In this document: one piece after another, positions 1 to 6,901 of the stretch
Layout of the letters: each line of letters opens with the position of its first letter
Position numbering within the stretch: the first letter of the stretch is position 1
Source of the DNA: Akkermansia sp.
GTDB taxonomy: Bacteria; Verrucomicrobiota; Verrucomicrobiia; Limisphaerales; SIBH01
Assembly: GCA_043757045.1 (NCBI GenBank)
Contig: JAYVQC010000179.1
Location: 1-57,344, forward strand
Length of the DNA stretch: 57,344 nucleotides
Reading direction: 5' to 3'
Made by a program: the position numbers and the translations under genes
The notes under the pieces: generated by a model
What the model saw: only the letters and a program-made list of their open reading frames with translations
Told to the model about the DNA's origin: nothing
Databases searched by the model: none

Positions 1-765
1 CTGAAAGCCGCTTGGGAAAAAAGCGACCTTTGGCCCAGATTAGCGGAACAGTCTTCAAGTGTTGGAAAGTGGAGTGGGAAGTTTGCGGACATATCCAACT
101 TTTGCCCCGAAGTGGCTTTCCTTCGGTTTGGATATTTCGCGAGGTATCTCGCTCGCTACGCAGATGAGTTAGACAAAGTTCAGGCTCACCAACGCCTTCA
201 TGCAGAAGATGTTCCAACAGACGACCTGCGATGGACTTGGGGTTCAGCGGAACCGAGCCACTACACCGAATGCCCTCTGTATTCGATGTTGGCGTATCGG
301 AACGGTGATCCCGCGAATTTTATTGTGTCTTCCACAGTTCCAGGATCGTTTGATGTCTTCGTCTCTCACGCGAGCGAAGACAAAGAGGATTTTGCCAAAC
401 CGCTCGCCAACGCATTAAAAGAAAAGGGACTCAGGGTCTGGTTTGATGAGTTTGAAATCACCTTTGGCAGCAGTTTGCACCGCTCGATTGACAAGGGTTT
501 GGCGCAATCCCGTTTCGGCATCGTGGTTCTCTCCCCCAACTTTTTTTTGAAGCCTTGGCCTCAGCAAGAGCTTGATGGTTTAACCGCTTTGGAGATCAGC
601 GGTCGGAACCGGATTATTCCGGTGCGACATAACTTTACTCACGAACAGCTCTTAGCAAAAAGTCCCATGCTGGCCGCCAAGTACGCGGCAGATTCCGCCA
701 AAGATTCGGTCGAGGAAATAGCCTCAAAAATCCTCGCCGTTGTCAGATCGGTCGAGGAAAAGTAG
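1..765 (+). CDS. TIR-domain protein (uncharacterised Cys-containing N-terminal domain + C-terminal TIR_2); 5' end outside window
   Basis: Frame 1 is open from base 1 (LKAAWEKSDLWP...). C-terminal FDVFVSHASEDK...GLRVWFDEF...SRFGIVVLSPNFF..PWPQQEL is a classic bacterial TIR with the putative catalytic Glu. Confidence 0.88.
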   Translation: MKAAWEKSDLWPRLAEQSSSVGKWSGKFADISNFCPEVAFLRFGYFARYLARYADELDKVQAHQRLHAEDVPTDDLRWTWGSAEPSHYTECPLYSMLAYRNGDPANFIVSSTVPGSFDVFVSHASEDKEDFAKPLANALKEKGLRVWFDEFEITFGSSLHRSIDKGLAQSRFGIVVLSPNFFLKPWPQQELDGLTALEISGRNRIIPVRHNFTHEQLLAKSPMLAAKYAADSAKDSVEEIASKILAVVRSVEEK

Positions 766-778
766 CGGCAATTAAGCG

Positions 779-1522
779 ATGGCAACCCCGGGACACATCT
801 ACATCTTGCTGAATGCCGCGATGCCGAAGTTGCTCAAGATCGGCAAAACCACGAAATCGCCTGAAGCACGAGCTGCCGAGCTTTCGTCGGCCACAGGACT
901 GCCAACAGCCTTTGTTGTAGCATTTGACGTATTCGTTGCCGATTGCGACGAAGGAGAGGTTCGCGCACATGCTCAACTTCAAACTTATCGAGTCGCAGGT
1001 GGTCGAGAGTTTTTTGCTGCGCCGCTGAAATCCGCAATTGCAGTTCTGTCCAAGATTGCTGAGGAAATTCCATACGTTGAGAAGGTCGAGCCGCAAATAA
1101 GCAAGGCGGAAGAGCAACGACTAAAGGTTCAGGAAGATTTTACAGCAATCCAAAATGCCGCGTTCAAAGGAGACCCCAAATCGCAGCGCCTAGTTTCTTC
1201 AGCGTATGAAGCGGGCGCGGGGATCTCACGAGATCTTTCCAAGGCACGAGCATGGCTTGAAGTCGCTGCTGCAAGTGGACACTGCGGAGCGCAGATCGAA
1301 ATTGCTGAACAACACGAAACCGCAGGCAACATCATTGAATCCCTCGCGTTTTATACGCTCGCATGTCGCGGTGGCCTGACCTCTGCAATTGAAGCTCGAA
1401 AAAGACTTTCGCTAAAAATTACTCGTGAAGAAGTGGAAAAGGTTCGTCGGCGAGTTTCAGAAATTCTCGCTCAAAAAGACCGGCTTTTAGCAAACCTCAA
1501 AACTCACCCCGGTAAATTCTAA
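779..1522 (+). CDS. GIY-YIG (T5orf172-like) domain protein with Sel1-like repeats
   Basis: GHIYILLN..MPKLLKIGKTT.SPE.RA.EL...TG.P...E...H..L...R....REFF, then Sel1-like helices (AAFKGDPKSQ...Y..G.G...DL.KA..WLE.AA..GH). Confidence 0.8.
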   Translation: MATPGHIYILLNAAMPKLLKIGKTTKSPEARAAELSSATGLPTAFVVAFDVFVADCDEGEVRAHAQLQTYRVAGGREFFAAPLKSAIAVLSKIAEEIPYVEKVEPQISKAEEQRLKVQEDFTAIQNAAFKGDPKSQRLVSSAYEAGAGISRDLSKARAWLEVAAASGHCGAQIEIAEQHETAGNIIESLAFYTLACRGGLTSAIEARKRLSLKITREEVEKVRRRVSEILAQKDRLLANLKTHPGKF

Positions 1523-1528
1523 TCACTC

Positions 1529-2410
1529 ATGCAAGACCTCATCGCCAAAGCTGCGACGCTGCTCGAAGCGTTGCCGTACATTCAGCGGTTTAGCGGCGAG
1601 ACGTTCGTCGTGAAGTATGGCGGCTCGTTCATGGACTCGACGGAGCCGGCGGTGCGCGCGGGCGTGGCGCGGGACATCGTGTTTCTCGAAGCGGTGGAAA
1701 TAAATCCCGTGGTCGTGCATGGCGGCGGCAAGGCCATCACGCGCGCGATGGAGAAGGCGGGCTTGGCGGCGAATTTCATCCAAGGTCAGCGCGTGACAGA
1801 TGCAGCTACGGTGCAGGTCGTGGATCAAGTGCTCTCGCGCGAGATCAATCCCGAGGAGGTGGCGGCGATCAATTCACTCGGCGGAAAGGCGAAGGGTTTT
1901 GCCGGCACGGAAATTTTCACCTGCCGCAAGCTGCTGCTCGACGACAAGGAAAAGCCCGGCGCGAAGATTGACGTGGGCTTCGTCGGCGAGGTCATCGCGG
2001 TGAACACTGGGCCGCTGCTGGAGTGCATCGCGCAAGGCATCGTGCCGGTCATCAGCCCTACGGCGCGTGATGCGAGCGGACAGATTTACAACTGCAACGC
2101 CGACGTGGCGGCGGCGCAGGCGGCCATCGCGCTGAAGGCCAAGCGCCTCGTCTTCATGAGCGATGTGCCGGGCCTGATGCGCGACCCAAAGGACGCGGGC
2201 ACGCTCTTCACGCAAGTCACCACCGGCCAGATCGAGGAATTGAAGCGCAGCGGCGTGATCGACAAAGGGATGATTCCGAAGATGGACAGCGCGGTGGCGG
2301 CGATTCGTTCCGGCGTGGACAAAGTGTCGCTCGTGGACGGCCGCGTGCCGCATTCGGTGCTGATGGAAATTTTCACCGACGCCGGCGTGGGGACGGAACT
2401 GGTGCGGTAG
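1529..2410 (+). CDS. argB: acetylglutamate kinase
   Basis: LLEALPYIQRF, VVKYGG, VVHGGG, YNCNAD, SDVPG, GMIPK motifs. Confidence 0.96.
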   Translation: MQDLIAKAATLLEALPYIQRFSGETFVVKYGGSFMDSTEPAVRAGVARDIVFLEAVEINPVVVHGGGKAITRAMEKAGLAANFIQGQRVTDAATVQVVDQVLSREINPEEVAAINSLGGKAKGFAGTEIFTCRKLLLDDKEKPGAKIDVGFVGEVIAVNTGPLLECIAQGIVPVISPTARDASGQIYNCNADVAAAQAAIALKAKRLVFMSDVPGLMRDPKDAGTLFTQVTTGQIEELKRSGVIDKGMIPKMDSAVAAIRSGVDKVSLVDGRVPHSVLMEIFTDAGVGTELVR

Positions 2411-2518
2411 TGGGACAGGCGCCCCCGCCTGTCATAGTCCACCGGGCGCCCCCGCCCGGTGTTCTGCAAGCGGTGGCGCTTGCCGGACTAGGCCAGCCGA
2501 GGGCGGCTGGCCCACTAC
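2407..2518. repeat. REPIN-like palindromic element, family A (GTAGTGGG...CCCACTAC), copy 1
   Basis: Terminal inverted repeat plus four internal hairpins with GCGCCCCCGC-type loops. Overlaps the argB TAG. Related copies at 22989 and 49283. Confidence 0.85.
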
Positions 2519-2591
2519 GAAGCGCGTGGCGATAAAGCGTCGCCGCGTTTCTTGAGTTGCGCGGCGCGCATGGCTTCCTCACGATGCGCGC

Positions 2592-4115
2592 ATGTTAGCC
2601 CGGGTTTTTTCCGCAGCGGTCCAGGGTATTGAAGCCTATCCCATCGAGGTTGAAGTCAATGCTGGCTGGGGCGAAACCATCATCGTCATCGTGGGTCTGC
2701 CGGACGCGGCGGTGAAAGAATCGCGCGACCGCGTGACCACCGCCCTCGGCAACTCCGGTTTCAAATTCCCGATGGGCCGCACCACCATCAATCTCGCGCC
2801 CGCCGACGTGAAGAAGGAAGGGCCGAGCTTTGACCTGCCCATCGCCATCGGGATGCTCGCGGCCAGCGAACAGATCGAAACGGATCAACTCGACAACTTC
2901 ATCATCGTGGGCGAACTCGCGCTGACCGGCGCGGTGCGGTCGGTAAAGGGCGTGCTCTCAGTCGCGATTCGCGCGAAGGCAGAAGGGAAGTTGGGCGTGC
3001 TCGTGCCCGCCGAGAACGCCGCCGAGGCCGCCGTGGTCGAAGGGCTGCGGGTCATCCCGATTCAGAATTTGCGCGAGGCCACGGACTTCCTCGAAGGCCA
3101 GATCAAGATCGCTCCGACGCAGGTTGATCTGGTGAACATTTTCAAAAATCACGCGGACGAGGAACTCGACTTCGCCGACGTGAAGGGCCAGGAGTCCGTG
3201 AAACGCGCGCTCGAAATCGCGGCGGCGGGCGGTCACAACGTGCTCCTCATCGGCCCGCCCGGCACCGGCAAGTCCATGCTGGCCAAACGGCTGCCGAGCA
3301 TCCTGCCGCCGCTCACGCTCGCCGAGGCGCTGGAGACGACGAAGATTCACAGCATCGTGGGCCTGCTCGCGGCGGGACAGGCGCTCGTGACGCAACGTCC
3401 CTTCCGCTCGCCGCACCACACCGCGAGCGACGCCGGTTTGCTGGGCGGAAATATCAATCCCACGCCCGGAGAAATTTCCCTCGCGCACCACGGCGTGCTG
3501 TTCCTCGATGAATTGCCCGAGTTCAAACGCAGCGTGCTGGAGACGATGCGCCAGCCGTTGGAGGAGGGCCGCGTGACCATCTCGCGCGCGGCGGGCACGA
3601 TGACTTTCCCCGCGCAGTTCATGCTCATCGCCGCGATGAACCCGACGCCCGATGGCAAGATGCCGCACGAGTCGCGCAGTTCGCCGCGCGAGATTCAGAA
3701 TTATCTCGGACGCATCTCCGGCCCGTTGCTCGACCGCATTGACCTGCACGTCGAGGTGCCGCAGGTGAAGTTCCGTGACATGACCGGCGAGCGCACCGGC
3801 GAATCTTCGGCGCAAATTCGTGAGCGCGTGATCGCTGCTCGCGAGCGGCAGCAGCAGCGCTATGCCGGCACGCGCGTCACCTGCAACGCACGCATGGGCA
3901 CGCGCGAGTTGAAAAATTTCTGCGCCCTCGACGCCACCGCGAACGACCTCCTGAAGTTCGCCATGAGCGACCTGAACCTGAGCGCCCGCGCCTACGACCG
4001 CATCCTGAAAGTGGCGCGCACGATGGCCGACCTCTCCGGCCACGAAAGCATCCAGAACGACCACGTCTCGGAAGCCATCCAGTACCGCTCACTGGATCGG
4101 CAGTTGTGGACCTGA
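2592..4115 (+). CDS. comM: ComM/YifB Mg-chelatase-family AAA+ helicase
   Basis: IVGLPDAAVKESRDRV, INLAPADVKKEGPSFDLPIA, GPPGTGKS, RPFRSPHH, LFLDELPEF, LLDRIDL, LSARAYDRILKVART. Intact. Confidence 0.96.
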   Translation: MLARVFSAAVQGIEAYPIEVEVNAGWGETIIVIVGLPDAAVKESRDRVTTALGNSGFKFPMGRTTINLAPADVKKEGPSFDLPIAIGMLAASEQIETDQLDNFIIVGELALTGAVRSVKGVLSVAIRAKAEGKLGVLVPAENAAEAAVVEGLRVIPIQNLREATDFLEGQIKIAPTQVDLVNIFKNHADEELDFADVKGQESVKRALEIAAAGGHNVLLIGPPGTGKSMLAKRLPSILPPLTLAEALETTKIHSIVGLLAAGQALVTQRPFRSPHHTASDAGLLGGNINPTPGEISLAHHGVLFLDELPEFKRSVLETMRQPLEEGRVTISRAAGTMTFPAQFMLIAAMNPTPDGKMPHESRSSPREIQNYLGRISGPLLDRIDLHVEVPQVKFRDMTGERTGESSAQIRERVIAARERQQQRYAGTRVTCNARMGTRELKNFCALDATANDLLKFAMSDLNLSARAYDRILKVARTMADLSGHESIQNDHVSEAIQYRSLDRQLWT

Positions 4116-4136
4116 GATGATCAATCCCTGAAAGCC

Positions 4137-6671
4137 GTGCCGAAGAAAGAAGCCCAAGCCCGCATTCGCATCAACCGCCTGCTCGAACAGGCGGACTGGC
4201 GTTTCTTTCCCGAGGGCGGCAAGCCGGACAACATCATCTGCGAGCACCGGACGACGAAGAAAGTTTATCAGCCCGCGTTCGATCTCGGTTCGGATTTCGA
4301 CAAGGCTCCGGATGGATTCATTGATTATCTGCTGCTAAATCTGGAGCGAAAGCCGGTGGCGGTCGTGGAGGCGAAACGCGAGAGCATCAATCCGCTCGAT
4401 GGAAAAGAGCAGGCCCGCGCCTACGCGCTGAGCATGGGCGTCCACCATGTGTTCCTCTCGAACGGGCTGGTTCACTACTACTGGGATCTCCGCCACGGCA
4501 ATCCCACACGCATCTCGCATCTGCTCTCGCTCGATCAACTGGGTGAGGCAACGAAGTGGAATCCTGACCCGGCACTCCTGATCGGCACGAAGGTGGATGA
4601 GAATTACATCGCCGTTTCGCAAGACGCGGCCTGGCTGACCTACACGGCGGAACAGAAGAAGACCGCGATGGTCAACCAGAAGATCAAGTTGCTGCGTGAT
4701 TATCAGGTGGACGCCGCAGGTGCTTTGCAAAAAGCCTATGCGAAGGGGTTGCGCCGGTTCCTCTTTGAAATGGCGACCGGCACCGGCAAAACGCTGTTGA
4801 GCGCCGCCGTCACCAAGCTGTTCATCCGCTCCAACAACGCGAACCGCGTGCTGTTCCTCGTGGACCGTCTGGAATTGGAGCATCAGGCGTGGAAGAACTT
4901 CATCGCGTATCTGGCGAAGGATGCGATCTCCACCGTGATCTACAAAGAGAAGCGGGATGAGTGGATGAAGGCGGACGTGGTCATCACCACCATTCAAAGC
5001 CTGTCGGCGCGCAATCGTTACCTCGACGAATTTTCGCCCAACGATTTCCAACTCATCATCTCCGACGAAGCCCACCGCACCATCAGCGGGAACAACCGGG
5101 TCATCTTCGAATACTTCATCGGCGCGAAGCTGGGACTCACGGCCACGCCCAAGGATTACCTCAAGGGAATTGATTCGGACAAAATGCGCGAGGATGACCC
5201 GCGCGAACTGGAGCGCCGGCTCCTGCTGGACAGCTACCGCACGTTTGGCTGCGAGGACGGCCGCCCCACTTTCCGTTTCAGCCTCGTGGACGCGGTGAAT
5301 CATCGTCCACCGTATCTGGTCAACCCGAAGGCGATTGATTGCCGGACGGACATCACCACCGAACTGCTTTCAGAAAAGGGCTGGTCGGTGAAGCTGGAGA
5401 AGGACGAGGGCGAGGATGAGGAAGCCACGTTCTACAAGCGCGACTTTGAGCGGAAATTTTTCTCGCCGGAGACGAATGCCACCTTCGTTCGCACGTTCTT
5501 GCAGAACGCCAAACGTGACCCCATCACGGGCGAAATTGGCAAGACCATCATCTTCGCTGTCTCGCGCTCCCACGCGCGGAAGCTGGCGGAATTGCTTAAC
5601 ACGGAAATCGAGAAGCTCCACCCCGGCCAATACCATTCGGACTTCGCGCTGCAAATCACCTCGAACATCCCGGACGCGCAGGCGATGACGATTCAGTTCG
5701 CCAACAACAACCTGAACGGCTGGACGAAGTTCGACGCGGCGAAGATCGACTACCCCAGTTCGCGCACTCGGGTCTGCGTGACGGTCGGCATGATGACCAC
5801 GGGTTACGACTGCGAGGATTTGCTCAACGTGGTGCTGGCCCGGCCCATCTTCTCGCCCACGGATTTCATCCAGATCAAAGGCCGCGGCACCCGGCTGAAC
5901 ACGTTCAAATACAAGAACGGCGCGGACGTGGCCGAAGTCGCGAAAGACAATTTCTTCCTCTTCGATTTCTTCGCCAACTGCCAGTTCTTCGAGAAGGAGT
6001 TTGATTACGACCGCAGGATCGAGATTCCGAAAGAAGGCGGCGACGGACCCGGCGGTGGTGGTGGCATCAAGACTGACCTGACCTGGACCGGGCCGGATGA
6101 GCTGCATGAAAAGCACGAAGAACAGATCGGCCTGCAAGGGATGCGCGCGGATCGTGAGGCGTTCTCCAAGAGCTTCGAGCACCGGACGCGTGAGGAAGTC
6201 GGCAAACATCCCGAATTGACCGAGGCCATCGAGGCCGGCGACTGGCACCGGGTCGAGGCGTTCGTGCGCGATCACCTTTTCAACCAGCCGCAGGAGTTCT
6301 GGAACATCGAGAAGCTGCGCCAGGTGTATGAGGCGGATCGCCGCCTGTCGTTGCGGGAGATTTTGCAGAAGGTGTTCGGCAAGATTGACCGCTTCCCCAA
6401 CCGGCAGGAACTGGCCGAGGAGGATTTTGAGCGGTTCCTCTCCATCGAAGGCGTGGACGGCTCCAAGGTTCACGAGCTGCAAACGCTCTTCACCGCGTAT
6501 CTGCTGTATCCCGACATTCGCGCCATCGTCGATGCCGGTGAGTTCAGCCGCTTGAGCACGGATGCCCGGCTGAATTTGAAGGAACTGAAAAACCTGGGTG
6601 AACCGCAGCGCAAGCTGGCGCTCAATTACATCAAGGACACCATCGTGATTAACCGGTATCTCGCGGAATGA
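4137..6671 (+). CDS. hsdR: type I restriction enzyme, R subunit
   Basis: Nuclease motif IDY...VVEAKR, Walker A MATGTGKT, LFLVDR, DEAHR, GLTATP, QIKGRGTR. Confidence 0.92.
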   Translation: MPKKEAQARIRINRLLEQADWRFFPEGGKPDNIICEHRTTKKVYQPAFDLGSDFDKAPDGFIDYLLLNLERKPVAVVEAKRESINPLDGKEQARAYALSMGVHHVFLSNGLVHYYWDLRHGNPTRISHLLSLDQLGEATKWNPDPALLIGTKVDENYIAVSQDAAWLTYTAEQKKTAMVNQKIKLLRDYQVDAAGALQKAYAKGLRRFLFEMATGTGKTLLSAAVTKLFIRSNNANRVLFLVDRLELEHQAWKNFIAYLAKDAISTVIYKEKRDEWMKADVVITTIQSLSARNRYLDEFSPNDFQLIISDEAHRTISGNNRVIFEYFIGAKLGLTATPKDYLKGIDSDKMREDDPRELERRLLLDSYRTFGCEDGRPTFRFSLVDAVNHRPPYLVNPKAIDCRTDITTELLSEKGWSVKLEKDEGEDEEATFYKRDFERKFFSPETNATFVRTFLQNAKRDPITGEIGKTIIFAVSRSHARKLAELLNTEIEKLHPGQYHSDFALQITSNIPDAQAMTIQFANNNLNGWTKFDAAKIDYPSSRTRVCVTVGMMTTGYDCEDLLNVVLARPIFSPTDFIQIKGRGTRLNTFKYKNGADVAEVAKDNFFLFDFFANCQFFEKEFDYDRRIEIPKEGGDGPGGGGGIKTDLTWTGPDELHEKHEEQIGLQGMRADREAFSKSFEHRTREEVGKHPELTEAIEAGDWHRVEAFVRDHLFNQPQEFWNIEKLRQVYEADRRLSLREILQKVFGKIDRFPNRQELAEEDFERFLSIEGVDGSKVHELQTLFTAYLLYPDIRAIVDAGEFSRLSTDARLNLKELKNLGEPQRKLALNYIKDTIVINRYLAE

Positions 6672-6696
6672 AAGCGAACCGCACGCCATCGTTTCC

Positions 6697-6891
6697 AGCC
6701 CCATCGGGGCGCAATCCGATAGCCCAGGGCAAAGCCCTGGGTTGCGGTTCCGTTTGGGTTCAAGCCCTGAAAGGGCGACACCACGCCATCCTCCCAATGA
6801 CCGTTGTTCCGCCCTTTCAGGGCTTGCTCTCCGGTTGCCATTTTTCCCAGGGCTTTGCCCTGGGCTTTCGACTGACCGGCCTTTCAGGCCT
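6697..6891. repeat. multi-hairpin palindromic element, family D (AGCCCAGGGCAAAGCCCTGGG / AGCCCTGAAAGGGCG)
   Basis: Arms CCCAGGGCAAAGCCCTGGG and CAAGCCCTGAAAGGGCG recur in reverse complement (CGCCCTTTCAGGGCTTG, CCCAGGGCTTTGCCCTGGG). Fills the hsdR-hsdM gap. Confidence 0.85.
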
Positions 6892-6901
6892 CCGCTGACC
6901 C

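Noticed and set aside
2592-4115. comM disrupted by an integrative element
   Set aside because: comM is full length, and no second comM fragment or recombinase is present.
6668-6898. 76-aa ORF between hsdR and hsdM; similar ORFs at 36267..36506, 51080..51331 and 34788..35279
   Set aside because: They are largely translations of palindromic repeats and show no protein-like features.
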